From NCBI RefSeq assembly GCF_009914755.1, contig NC_060938.1: DNA of 64,000 bases, one strand, 5' to 3'. The first letter of the stretch is position 1, and each line of letters starts with the position of its first letter. This document shows, piece after piece, positions 38,701 to 52,900 of this stretch. Source of the DNA: the human T2T-CHM13v2.0 reference genome, Homo sapiens. The position numbers and the translations under genes are program-made. The notes below the pieces were generated by a model. The model made no database searches and was not told the origin of the DNA. It worked only from the letters and a program-made list of their open reading frames with translations.

Positions 38701-40920
38701 AGATTTTATAGGAAGATATTCCCGTTTCCAACGAAATCTTCACAGCTATCCAAATATCCACTTGCAGATTCTACAAAAAGAGTGTATCAAAACTGCTCTG
38801 TCAAAAGGAAGGTTCTTCTCTGTTAGGTGAGTGCATACGTCATAAAGGAGTTTCTGAGAATGTTTCTGTCTAGTGGTTATGGGAAGATATTTGCTTTTTC
38901 ACCGTAGGCCTCAGAGCGCTCCAAATATCCACTTGCACATACTACAAAAAGAGTGCTTCAAAGCTGCTCTCTGAAACGGAATGTTCAACTCTATGAGTTG
39001 AATGCAAACATCACAAAGACGTTTCTGAGAATGCTTCTGTCTAGATTTGATATGAAGATATTCCCGTTTCCAACGAAATCTTCAAATCTATCCAAATGTC
39101 CACTTGCAGATTCAACAAAAAGTGTTTTTCAGAACTGCTCTATCAAAAGAAAGATCCACCTCTGTTAGCTGAGTTCACACATCACAAACAAGTTTATGAG
39201 AATGCTTCTGTCTAGTTTTTATTTGAAGATATTTCCTTTCTCACCATAGAGCTGAAAGCTGTCCTAATGTTCACTTCCAGATACTACAGAAAGAGTGTTT
39301 CAAAACTGCTGTACGAAAGGGAATGTTCAACTCTGTGACTTGAATGCACACATCACAAAGAAGTTTCTGAGGATGCTGCTGTCTACTTTTTATACGTAAT
39401 CCCGTTTCCAACGAAATCCTCCAAGCTATCCAAATATCCACTTGCAGATTCCACAGAAAGACTGTTTCTAAACTGCTCTGTCAATAGAAAGGTTCAACTC
39501 TGTTAGCTGCATGCATATATCCCAAAGAAGATTCTGAGATTGCTTCTGTCTAGTTTTTATGGGAAGATATTTCCCTTTTCACCGTAGGCGTCAAGGCGCT
39601 CCAAATGTCCACTTCCAGATACTACAAAAAGAGTGTTTCAAACCTACTCTGTGAAAGGGAATATTCAACTCTGTGACTTGAATGCACATATCACAAGGAA
39701 GTTTCTGAGAATGCTTCTGTCGAGATTTTATATGAAGATATTCCCGTTTCCAACGAAATCCTGAAATCTATCCAAATATCCCCTTGCAGATTCTACAAAA
39801 AGAGTGTTTCAAAACTGCTCTGTAAAAAGAAAGGTTCAACTCTGTTAGTTGAGTACACACATCACAAACAAGTTTCACACAATGCTTCTTTCTAGCTTGT
39901 AGGGGAAGATATTCCCTTTATCACCATGGGCCTCAAACCGTCCGATAAGTCCACTTCCATATACTACAAAAAGAGCGTTTCAAACCTGCTCTATGAAAGG
40001 CAATGTTCAACTCTGTGACTTGAATGCAGACATCACAGAGCAGTTTCTGAGAATGCTTCTGTCTAGATTTTATAGGAAGATATTCCCGTTTCCAACGAAA
40101 TCTTCACAGCTATCCAAATATCCACTTGCAGATTCTACAAAAAGAGTGTATCAAAACTGCTCTGTCAAAAGGAAGGTTCTTTTCTGTTAGGTGAGTGCAT
40201 ACGTCATAAAGGAGTTTCTGAGAATGTTTCTGTCTAGTGGTTATGGGAAGATATTTGCTTTTTCACCGTAGGCCTCAGAGCGCTCCAAATATCCACTTGC
40301 ACATACTACAAAAAGAGTGCCTCAAAGCTGCTCTCTGAAACGGAATGTTCAACTCTATGAGTTGAATGCAAACATCGCAAAGACGTTTCTGAGAATGCTT
40401 CTGTCTAGATTTGATATGAAGATATTCCCGTTTCCAACGAAATCTTCAAATCTATCCAAATGTCCACTTGCAGATTCAACAAAAAGTGTTTTTCAGAACT
40501 GCTCTATCAAAAGAAAGATCCACCTCTGTTAGCTGAGTTCACACATCACAAACAAGTTTATGAGAATGCTTCTGTCTAGTTTTTATTTGAAGATATTTCC
40601 TTTCTCACCATAGAGCTGAAAGCTGTCCTAATGTTCACTTCCAGATACTACAGAAAGAGTGTTTCAAAACTGCTGTACGAAAGGGAATGTTCAACTCTGT
40701 GACTTGAATGCACACATCACAAAGAAGTTTCTGAGGATGCTGCTGTCTACTTTTTATACGTAATCCCGTTTCCAACGAAATCCTCCAAGCTATCCAAATA
40801 TCCACTTGCAGATTCCACAGAAAGACTGTTTCAAAACTGCTCTGTCAATAGAAAGGTTCAACTCTGTTAGCTGCGTGCATATATCCCAAAGAAGATTCTG
40901 AGATTGCTTCTGTCTAGTTT
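32737..40920. repeat. Tandem duplication of a 3-HOR (4092 bp) X-Y-X block
   Basis: Rare variants at 33624, 33640, 34047 and 35377 all recur at +4092 (37716, 37732, 38139, 39469). Boundaries are approximate. Confidence 0.85.
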
Positions 40921-43900
40921 TTATGGGAAGATATTTCCCTTTTCACCGTAGGCGTCAAGGCGCTCCAAATGTCCACTTCCAGATACTACAAAAAGAGTGT
41001 TTCAAACCTACTCTGTGAAAGGGAATATTCAACTCTGTGACTTGAATGCACATATCACAAGGAAGTTTCTGAGAATGCTTCTGTCGAGATTTTATATGAA
41101 GATATTCCCGTTTCCAACGAAATCCTGAAATGTTTCCAAATATCCCCTTGCAGATTCTACAAAAAGAGTGTTTCAAAACTGCTCTGTAAAAAGAAAGGTT
41201 CAACTCTGTTAGTTGAGTACACACGTCACAAACAAGTTTCACACAATACTTCTTTCTAGCTTGTAGGGGAAGATATTCCCTTTATCACCATGGGCCTCAA
41301 ACCGTCCGATAAGTCCACTTCCATATACTACAAAAAGAGCGTTTCAAACCTGCTCTATGAAAGGCAATGTTCAACTCTGTGACTTGAATGCAGACATCAC
41401 AGAGCAGTTTCTGAGAATGCTTCTGTCTAGATTTTATAGGAAGATATTCCCGTTTCCAACGAAATCTTCACAGCTATCCAAATATCCACTTGCAGATTCT
41501 ACAAAAAGAGTGTATCAAAACTGCTCTGTCAAAAGGAAGGTTCTTTTCTGTTAGGTGAGTGCATACGTCATAAAGGAGTTTCTGAGAATGTTTCTGTCTA
41601 GTGGTTATGGGAAGATATTTGCTTTTTCACCGTAGGCCTCAGAGCGCTCCAAATATCCACTTGCACATACTACAAAAAGAGTGCCTCAAAGCTGCTCTCT
41701 GAAACGGAATGTTCAACTCTATGAGTTGAATGCAAACATCGCAAAGACGTTTCTGAGAATGCTTCTGTCTAGATTTGATATGAAGATATTCCCGTTTCCA
41801 ACGAAATCTTCAAATCTATCCAAATGTCCACTTGCAGATTCAACAAAAAGTGTTTTTCAGAACTGCTCTATCAAAAGAAAGATCCACCTCTGTTAGCTGA
41901 GTTCACACATCACAAACAAGTTTATGAGAATGCTTCTGTCTAGTTTTTATTTGAAGATATTTCCTTTCTCACCATAGAGCTGAAAGCTGTCCTAATGTTC
42001 ACTTCCAGATACTACAGAAAGAGTGTTTCAAAACTGCTGTACGAAAGGGAATGTTCAACTATGTGACTTGAATGCACACATCACAAAGAAGTTTCTGAGG
42101 ATGCTGCTGTCTACTTTTTATACGTAATCCCGTTTCCAACGAAATCCTCCAAGCTATCCAAATATCCACTTGCAGATTCCACAGAAAGACTGTTTCAAAA
42201 CTGCTCTGTCAATAGAAAGGTTCAACTCTGTTAGCTGCGTGCATATATCCCAAAGAAGATTCTGAGATTGCTTCTGTCTAGTTTTTATGGGAAGATATTT
42301 CCCTTTTCACCGTAGGCGTCAAGGCGCTCCAAATGTCCACTTCCAGATACTACAAAAAGAGTGTTTCAAACCTACTCTGTGAAAGGGAATATTCAACTCT
42401 GTGACTTGAATGCACATATCACAAAGAAGTTTCTGAGAATGCTTCTGTCGAGATTTTATATGAAGATATTCCCGTTTCCAACGAAATGCTGAAATCTATC
42501 CAAATATCCCCTCGCAGATTCTACAAAAAGAGTGTTTCAAAACTGCTCTGTGAAAAGAAAGGTTCAACTCTGTTAGTTGAGTACACACATCACAAACAAG
42601 TTTCACAGAATGCTTCTTTCTAGCTTGTAGGGGAAGATATTCCCTTTATCACCATGGGCCTCCAACCGTCCGAAACATCCACTTCCATATACTACAAAAA
42701 GAGCGTTTCAAACCTGCTCTATGAAAGGCAATGTTCAACTCTGTGACTTGAATGCAGACATCACAGAGCAGTTTCTGAGAATGCTTCTGTCTAGATTTTA
42801 TAGGAAGATATTCCCGTTTCCAACGAAATCTTCACAGCTATCCAAATATCCACTTGCAGATTCTACAAAAAGAGTGTATCAAAACTGCTCTGTCAAAAGG
42901 AAGGTTCTTCTCTGTTAGGTGAGTGCATACGTCATAAAGGAGTTTCTGAGAATGTTTCTGTCTAGTGGTTATGGGAAGATATTTGCTTTTTCACCGTAGG
43001 CCTCAGAGCGCTCCAAATATCCACTTGCACATACTACAAAAAGAGTGCTTCAAAGCTGCTCTCTGAAACGGAATGTTCAACTCTATGAGTTGAATGCAAA
43101 CATCACAAAGACGTTTCTGAGAATGCTTCTGTCTAGATTTGATATGAAGATATTCCCGTTTCCAACGAAATCTTCAAATCTATCCAAATGTCCACTTGCA
43201 GATTCAACAAAAAGTGTTTTTCAGAACTGCTCTATCAAAAGAAAGATCCACCTCTGTTAGCTGAGTTCACACATCACAAACAAGTTTATGAGAATGCTTC
43301 TGTCTAGTTTTTATTTGAAGATATTTCCTTTCTCACCATAGAGCTGAAAGCTGTCCTAATGTTCACTTCCAGATACTACAGAAAGAGTGTTTCAAAACTG
43401 CTGTACGAAAGGGAATGTTCAACTCTGTGACTTGAATGCACACATCACAAAGAAGTTTCTGAGGATGCTGCTGTCTACTTTTTATACGTAATCCCGTTTC
43501 CAACGAAATCCTCCAAGCTATCCAAATATCCACTTGCAGATTCCACAGAAAGACTGTTTCTAAACTGCTCTGTCAATAGAAAGGTTCAACTCTGTTAGCT
43601 GCATGCATATATCCCAAAGAAGATTCTGAGATTGCTTCTGTCTAGTTTTTATGGGAAGATATTTCCCTTTTCACCGTAGGCGTCAAGGCGCTCCAAATGT
43701 CCACTTCCAGATACTACAAAAAGAGTGTTTCAAACCTACTCTGTGAAAGGGAATATTCAACTCTGTGACTTGAATGCACATATCACAAGGAAGTTTCTGA
43801 GAATGCTTCTGTCGAGATTTTATATGAAGATATTCCCGTTTCCAACGAAATCCTGAAATCTATCCAAATATCCCCTTGCAGATTCTACAAAAAGAGTGTT

Positions 43901-46900
43901 TCAAAACTGCTCTGTAAAAAGAAAGGTTCAACTCTGTTAGTTGAGTACACACATCACAAACAAGTTTCACACAATGCTTCTTTCTAGCTTGTAGGGGAAG
44001 ATATTCCCTTTATCACCATGGGCCTCAAACCGTCCGATAAGTCCACTTCCATATACTACAAAAAGAGCGTTTCAAACCTGCTCTATGAAAGGCAATGTTC
44101 AACTCTGTGACTTGAATGCAGACATCACAGAGCAGTTTCTGAGAATGCTTCTGTCTAGATTTTATAGGAAGATATTCCCGTTTCCAACGAAATCTTCACA
44201 GCTATCCAAATATCCACTTGCAGATTCTACAAAAAGAGTGTATCAAAACTGCTCTGTCAAAAGGAAGGTTCTTTTCTGTTAGGTGAGTGCATACGTCATA
44301 AAGGAGTTTCTGAGAATGTTTCTGTCTAGTGGTTATGGGAAGATATTTGCTTTTTCACCGTAGGCCTCAGAGCGCTCCAAATATCCACTTGCACATACTA
44401 CAAAAAGAGTGCCTCAAAGCTGCTCTCTGAAACGGAATGTTCAACTCTATGAGTTGAATGCAAACATCGCAAAGACGTTTCTGAGAATGCTTCTGTCTAG
44501 ATTTGATATGAAGATATTCCCGTTTCCAACGAAATGTTCAAATCTATCCAATTGTCCACTTGCAGATTCAACAAAAAGTGTTTTTCAGAACTGCTCTATC
44601 AAAAGAAAGATCCACCTCTGTTAGCTGAGTTCACACATCACAAACAAGTTTATGAGAATGCTTCTGTCTAGTTTTTATTTGAAGATATTTCCTTTCTCAC
44701 CATAGAGCTGAAAGCTGTCCTAATGTTCACTTCCAGATACTACAGAAAGAGTGTTTCAAAACTGCTGTACGAAAGGGAATGTTCAACTCTGTGACTTGAA
44801 TGCACACATCACAAAGAAGTTTCTGAGGATGCTGCTGTCTACTTTTTATACGTAATCCCGTTTCCAACGAAATCCTCCAAGCTATCCAAATATCCACTTG
44901 CAGATTCCACAGAAAGACTGTTTCAAAACTGCTCTGTCAATAGAAAGGTTCAACTCTGCTAGCTGCGTGCATATATCCCAAAGAAGATTCTGAGATTGCT
45001 TCTGTCTAGTTTTTATGGGAAGATATTTCCCTTTTCACCGTAGGCGTCAAGGCGCTCCAAATGTCCACTTCCAGATACTACAAAAAGAGTGTTTCAAACC
45101 TACTCTGTGAAAGGGAATATTCAACTCTGTGACTTGAATGCACATATCACAAAGAAGTTTCTGAGAATGCTTCTGTCGAGATTTTATATGAAGATATTCC
45201 CGTTTCCAACGAAATGCTGAAATCTATCCAAATATCCCCTCGCAGATTCTACAAAAAGAGTGTTTCAAAACTGCTCTGTGAAAAGAAAGGTTCAACTCTG
45301 TTAGTTGAGTACACACATCACAAACAAGTTTCACAGAATGCTTCTTTCTAGCTTGTAGGGGAAGATATTCCCTTTATCACCATGGGCCTCCAACCGTCCG
45401 AAACATCCACTTCCATATACTACAAAAAGAGCGTTTCAAACCTGCTCTATGAAAGGCAATGTTCAACTCTGTGACTTGAATGCAGACATCACAGAGCAGT
45501 TTCTGAGAATGCTTCTGTCTAGATTTTATAGGAAGATATTCCCGTTTCCAACGAAATCTTCACAGCTATCCAAATATCCACTTGCAGATTCTACAAAAAG
45601 AGTGTATCAAAACTGCTCTGTCAAAAGGAAGGTTCTTCTCTGTTAGGTGAGTGCATACGTCATAAAGGAGTTTCTGAGAATGTTTCTGTCTAGTGGTTAT
45701 GGGAAGATATTTGCTTTTTCACCGTAGGCCTCAGAGCGCTCCAAATATCCACTTGCACATACTACAAAAAGAGTGCTTCAAAGCTGCTCTCTGAAACGGA
45801 ATGTTCAACTCTATGAGTTGAATGCAAACATCACAAAGACGTTTCTGAGAATGCTTCTGTCTAGATTTGATATGAAGATATTCCCGTTTCCAACGAAATC
45901 TTCAAATCTATCCAAATGTCCACTTGCAGATTCAACAAAAAGTGTTTTTCAGAACTGCTCTATCAAAAGAAAGATCCACCTCTGTTAGCTGAGTTCACAC
46001 ATCACAAACAAGTTTATGAGAATGCTTCTGTCTAGTTTTTATTTGAAGATATTTCCTTTCTCACCATAGAGCTGAAAGCTGTCCTAATGTTCACTTCCAG
46101 ATACTACAGAAAGAGTGTTTCAAAACTGCTGTACGAAAGGGAATGTTCAACTCTGTGACTTGAATGCACACATCACAAAGAAGTTTCTGAGGATGCTGCT
46201 GTCTACTTTTTATACGTAATCCCGTTTCCAACGAAATCCTCCAAGCTATCCAAATATCCACTTGCAGATTCCACAGAAAGACTGTTTCAAAACTGCTCTG
46301 TCAATAGAAAGGTTCAACTCTGTTAGCTGCATGCATATATCCCAAAGAAGATTCTGAGATTGCTTCTGTCTAGTTTTTATGGGAAGATATTTCCCTTTTC
46401 ACCGTAGGCGTCAAGGCGCTCCAAATGTCCACTTCCAGATACTACAAAAAGAGTGTTTCAAACCTACTCTGTGAAAGGGAATATTCAACTCTGTGACTTG
46501 AATGCACATATCACAAGGAAGTTTCTGAGAATGCTTCTGTCGAGATTTTATATGAAGATATTCCCGTTTCCAACGAAATCCTGAAATGTATCCAAATATC
46601 CCCTTGCAGATTCTACAAAAAGAGTGTTTCAAAACTGCTCTGTAAAAAGAAAGGTTCAACTCTGTTAGTTGAGTACACACATCACAAACAAGTTTCACAC
46701 AATGCTTCTTTCTAGCTTGTAGGGGAAGATATTCCCTTTATCACCATGGGCCTCAAACCGTCCGATAAGTCCACTTCCATATACTACAAAAAGAGCGTTT
46801 CAAACCTGCTCTATGAAAGGCAATGTTCAACTCTGTGACTTGAATGCAGACATCACAGAGCAGTTTCTGAGAATGCTTCTGTCTAGATTTTATAGGAAGA

Positions 46901-49900
46901 TATTCCCGTTTCCAACGAAATCTTCACAGCTATCCAAATATCCACTTGCAGATTCTACAAAAAGAGTGTATCAAAACTGCTCTGTCAAAAGGAAGGTTCT
47001 TTTCTGTTAGGTGAGTGCATACGTCATAAAGGAGTTTCTGAGAATGTTTCTGTCTAGTGGTTATGGGAAGATATTTGCTTTTTCACCGTAGGCCTCAGAG
47101 CGCTCCAAATATCCACTTGCACATACTACAAAAAGAGTGCCTCAAAGCTGCTCTCTGAAACGGAATGTTCAACTCTATGAGTTGAATGCAAACATCGCAA
47201 AGACGTTTCTGAGAATGCTTCTGTCTAGATTTGATATGAAGATATTCCCGTTTCCAACGAAATCTTCAAATCTATCCAAATGTCCACTTGCAGATTCAAC
47301 AAAAAGTGTTTTTCAGAACTGCTCTATCAAAAGAAAGATCCACCTCTGTTAGCTGAGTTCACACATCACAAACAAGTTTATGAGAATGCTTCTGTCTAGT
47401 TTTTATTTGAAGATATTTCCTTTCTCACCATAGAGCTGAAAGCTGTCCTAATGTTCACTTCCAGATACTACAGAAAGAGTGTTTCAAAACTGCTGTACGA
47501 AAGGGAATGTTCAACTCTGTGACTTGAATGCACACATCACAAAGAAGTTTCTGAGGATGCTGCTGTCTACTTTTTATACGTAATCCCGTTTCCAACGAAA
47601 TCCTCCAAGCTATCCAAATATCCACTTGCAGATTCCACAGAAAGACTGTTTCAAAACTGCTCTGTCAATAGAAAGGTTCAACTCTGTTAGCTGCGTGCAT
47701 ATATCCCAAAGAAGATTCTGAGATTGCTTCTGTCTAGTTTTTATGGGAAGATATTTCCCTTTTCACCGTAGGCGTCAAGGCGCTCCAAATGTCCACTTCC
47801 AGATACTACAAAAAGAGTGTTTCAAACCTACTCTGTGAAAGGGAATATTCAACTCTGTGACTTGAATGCACATATCACAAAGAAGTTTCTGAGAATGCTT
47901 CTGTCGAGATTTTATATGAAGATATTCCCGTTTCCAACGAAATGCTGAAATCTATCCAAATATCCCCTCGCAGATTCTACAAAAAGAGTGTTTCAAAACT
48001 GCTCTGTGAAAAGAAAGGTTCAACTCTGTTAGTTGAGTACACACATCACAAACAAGTTTCACAGAATGCTTCTTTCTAGCTTGTAGGGGAAGATATTCCC
48101 TTTATCACCATGGGCCTCCAACCGTCCGAAACATCCACTTCCATACACTACAAAAAGAGCGTTTCAAACCTGCTCTATGAAAGGCAATGTTCAACTCTGT
48201 GACTTGAATGCAGACATCACAGAGCAGTTTCTGAGAATGCTTCTGTCTAGATTTTATAGGAAGATATTCCCGTTTCCAACGAAATCTTCACAGCTATCCA
48301 AATATCCACTTGCAGATTCTACAAAAAGAGTGTATCAAAACTGCTCTGTCAAAAGGAAGGTTCTTCTCTGTTAGGTGAGTGCATACGTCATAAAGGAGTT
48401 TCTGAGAATGTTTCTGTCTAGTGGTTATGGGAAGATATTTGCTTTTTCACCGTAGGCCTCAGAGCGCTCCAAATATCCACTTGCACATACTACAAAAAGA
48501 GTGCTTCAAAGCTGCTCTCTGAAACGGAATGTTCAACTCTATGAGTTGAATGCAAACATCACAAAGACGTTTCTGAGAATGCTTCTGTCTAGATTTGATA
48601 TGAAGATATTCCCGTTTCCAACGAAATCTTCAAATCTATCCAAATGTCCACTTGCAGATTCAACAAAAAGTGTTTTTCAGAACTGCTCTATCAAAAGAAA
48701 GATCCACCTCTGTTAGCTGAGTTCACACATCACAAACAAGTTTATGAGAATGCTTCTGTCTAGTTTTTATTTGAAGATATTTCCTTTCTCACCATAGAGC
48801 TGAAAGCTGTCCTAATGTTCACTTCCAGATACTACAGAAAGAGTGTTTCAAAACTGCTGTACGAAAGGGAATGTTCAACTCTGTGACTTGAATGCACACA
48901 TCACAAAGAAGTTTCTGAGGATGCTGCTGTCTACTTTTTATACGTAATCCCGTTTCCAACGAAATCCTCCAAGCTATCCAAATATCCACTTGCAGATTCC
49001 ACAGAAAGACTGTTTCAAAACTGCTCTGTCAATAGAAAGGTTCAACTCTGCTAGCTGCGTGCATATATCCCAAAGAAGATTCTGAGATTGCTTCTGTCTA
49101 GTTTTTATGGGAAGATATTTCCCTTTTCACCGTAGGCGTCAAGGCGCTCCAAATGTCCACTTCCAGATACTACAAAAAGAGTGTTTCAAACCTACTCTGT
49201 GAAAGGGAATATTCAACTCTGTGACTTGAATGCACATATCACAAAGAAGTTTCTGAGAATGCTTCTGTCGAGATTTTATATGAAGATATTCCCGTTTCCA
49301 ACGAAATGCTGAAATCTATCCAAATATCCCCTCGCAGATTCTACAAAAAGAGTGTTTCAAAACTGCTCTGTGAAAAGAAAGGTTCAACTCTGTTAGTTGA
49401 GTACACACATCACAAACAAGTTTCACAGAATGCTTCTTTCTAGCTTGTAGGGGAAGATATTCCCTTTATCACCATGGGCCTCCAACCGTCCGAAACATCC
49501 ACTTCCATATACTACAAAAAGAGCGTTTCAAACCTGCTCTATGAAAGGCAATGTTCAACTCTGTGACTTGAATGCAGACATCACAGAGCAGTTTCTGAGA
49601 ATGCTTCTGTCTAGATTTTATAGGAAGATATTCCCGTTTCCAACGAAATCTTCACAGCTATCCAAATATCCACTTGCAGATTCTACAAAAAGAGTGTATC
49701 AAAACTGCTCTGTCAAAAGGAAGGTTCTTCTCTGTTAGGTGAGTGCATACGTCATAAAGGAGTTTCTGAGAATGTTTCTGTCTAGTGGTTATGGGAAGAT
49801 ATTTGCTTTTTCACCGTAGGCCTCAGAGCGCTCCAAATATCCACTTGCACATACTACAAAAAGAGTGCTTCAAAGCTGCTCTCTGAAACGGAATGTTCAA

Positions 49901-52900
49901 CTCTATGAGTTGAATGCAAACATCACAAAGACGTTTCTGAGAATGCTTCTGTCTAGATTTGATATGAAGATATTCCCGTTTCCAACGAAATCTTCAAATC
50001 TATCCAAATGTCCACTTGCAGATTCAACAAAAAGTGTTTTTCAGAACTGCTCTATCAAAAGAAAGATCCACCTCTGTTAGCTGAGTTCACACATCACAAA
50101 CAAGTTTATGAGAATGCTTCTGTCTAGTTTTTATTTGAAGATATTTCCTTTCTCACCATAGAGCTGAAAGCTGTCCTAATGTTCACTTCCAGATACTACA
50201 GAAAGAGTGTTTCAAAACTGCTGTACGAAAGGGAATGTTCAACTCTGTGACTTGAATGCACACATCACAAAGAAGTTTCTGAGGATGCTGCTGTCTACTT
50301 TTTATACGTAATCCCGTTTCCAACGAAATCCTCCAAGCTATCCAAATATCCACTTGCAGATTCCACAGAAAGACTGTTTCAAAACTGCTCTGTCAATAGA
50401 AAGGTTCAACTCTGTTAGCTGCGTGCATATATCCCAAAGAAGATTCTGAGATTGCTTCTGTCTAGTTTTTATGGGAAGATATTTCCCTTTTCACCGTAGG
50501 CGTCAAGGCGCTCCAAATGTCCACTTCCAGATACTACAAAAAGAGTGTTTCAAACCTACTCTGTGAAAGGGAATATTCAACTCTGTGACTTGAATGCACA
50601 TATCACAAGGAAGTTTCTGAGAATGCTTCTGTCGAGATTTTATATGAAGATATTCCCGTTTCCAACGAAATCCTGAAATGTATCCAAATATCCCCTTGCA
50701 GATTCTACAAAAAGAGTGTTTCAAAACTGCTCTGTAAAAAGAAAGGTTCAACTCTGTTAGTTGAGTACACACATCACAAACAAGTTTCACACAATGCTTC
50801 TTTCTAGCTTGTAGGGGAAGATATTCCCTTTATCACCATGGGCCTCAAACCGTCCGATAAGTCCACTTCCATATACTACAAAAAGAGCGTTTCAAACCTG
50901 CTCTATGAAAGGCAATGTTCAACTCTGTGACTTGAATGCAGACATCACAGAGCAGTTTCTGAGAATGCTTCTGTCTAGATTTTATAGGAAGATATTCCCG
51001 TTTCCAACGAAATCTTCACAGCTATCCAAATATCCACTTGCAGATTCTACAAAAAGAGTGTATCAAAACTGCTCTGTCAAAAGGAAGGTTCTTTTCTGTT
51101 AGGTGAGTGCATACGTCATAAAGGAGTTTCTGAGAATGTTTCTGTCTAGTGGTTATGGGAAGATATTTGCTTTTTCACCGTAGGCCTCAGAGCGCTCCAA
51201 ATATCCACTTGCACATACTACAAAAAGAGTGCCTCAAAGCTGCTCTCTGAAACGGAATGTTCAACTCTATGAGTTGAATGCAAACATCGCAAAGACGTTT
51301 CTGAGAATGCTTCTGTCTAGATTTGATATGAAGATATTCCCGTTTCCAACGAAATCTTCAAATCTATCCAAATGTCCACTTGCAGATTCAACAAAAAGTG
51401 TTTTTCAGAACTGCTCTATCAAAAGAAAGATCCACCTCTGTTAGCTGAGTTCACACATCACAAACAAGTTTATGAGAATGCTTCTGTCTAGTTTTTATTT
51501 GAAGATATTTCCTTTCTCACCATAGAGCTGAAAGCTGTCCTAATGTTCACTTCCAGATACTACAGAAAGAGTGTTTCAAAACTGCTGTACGAAAGGGAAT
51601 GTTCAACTCTGTGACTTGAATGCACACATCACAAAGAAGTTTCTGAGGATGCTGCTGTCTACTTTTTATACGTAATCCCGTTTCCAACGAAATCCTCCAA
51701 GCTATCCAAATATCCACTTGCAGATTCCACAGAAAGACTGTTTCAAAACTGCTCTGTCAATAGAAAGGTTCAACTCTGTTAGCTGCGTGCATATATCCCA
51801 AAGAAGATTCTGAGATTGCTTCTGTCTAGTTTTTATGGGAAGATATTTCCCTTTTCACCGTAGGCGTCAAGGCGCTCCAAATGTCCACTTCCAGATACTA
51901 CAAAAAGAGTGTTTCAAACCTACTCTGTGAAAGGGAATATTCAACTCTGTGACTTGAATGCACATATCACAAAGAAGTTTCTGAGAATGCTTCTGTCGAG
52001 ATTTTATATGAAGATATTCCCGTTTCCAACGAAATGCTGAAATCTATCCAAATATCCCCTCGCAGATTCTACAAAAAGAGTGTTTCAAAACTGCTCTGTG
52101 AAAAGAAAGGTTCAACTCTGTTAGTTGAGTACACACATCACAAACAAGTTTCACAGAATGCTTCTTTCTAGCTTGTAGGGGAAGATATTCCCTTTATCAC
52201 CATGGGCCTCCAACCGTCCGAAACATCCACTTCCATATACTACAAAAAGAGCGTTTCAAACCTGCTCTATGAAAGGCAATGTTCAACTCTGTGACTTGAA
52301 TGCAGACATCACAGAGCAGTTTCTGAGAATGCTTCTGTCTAGATTTTATAGGAAGATATTCCCGTTTCCAACGAAATCTTCACAGCTATCCAAATATCCA
52401 CTTGCAGATTCTACAAAAAGAGTGTATCAAAACTGCTCTGTCAAAAGGAAGGTTCTTCTCTGTTAGGTGAGTGCATACGTCATAAAGGAGTTTCTGAGAA
52501 TGTTTCTGTCTAGTGGTTATGGGAAGATATTTGCTTTTTCACCGTAGGCCTCAGAGCGCTCCAAATATCCACTTGCACATACTACAAAAAGAGTGCTTCA
52601 AAGCTGCTCTCTGAAACGGAATGTTCAACTCTATGAGTTGAATGCAAACATCACAAACACGTTTCTGAGAATGCTTCTGTCTAGATTTGATATGAAGATA
52701 TTCCCGTTTCCAACGAAATCTTCAAATCTATCCAAATGTCCACTTGCAGATTCAACAAAAAGTGTTTTTCAGAACTGCTCTATCAAAAGAAAGATCCACC
52801 TCTGTTAGCTGAGTTCACACATCACAAACAAGTTTATGAGAATGCTTCTGTCTAGTTTTTATTTGAAGATATTTCCTTTCTCACCATAGAGCTGAAAGCT

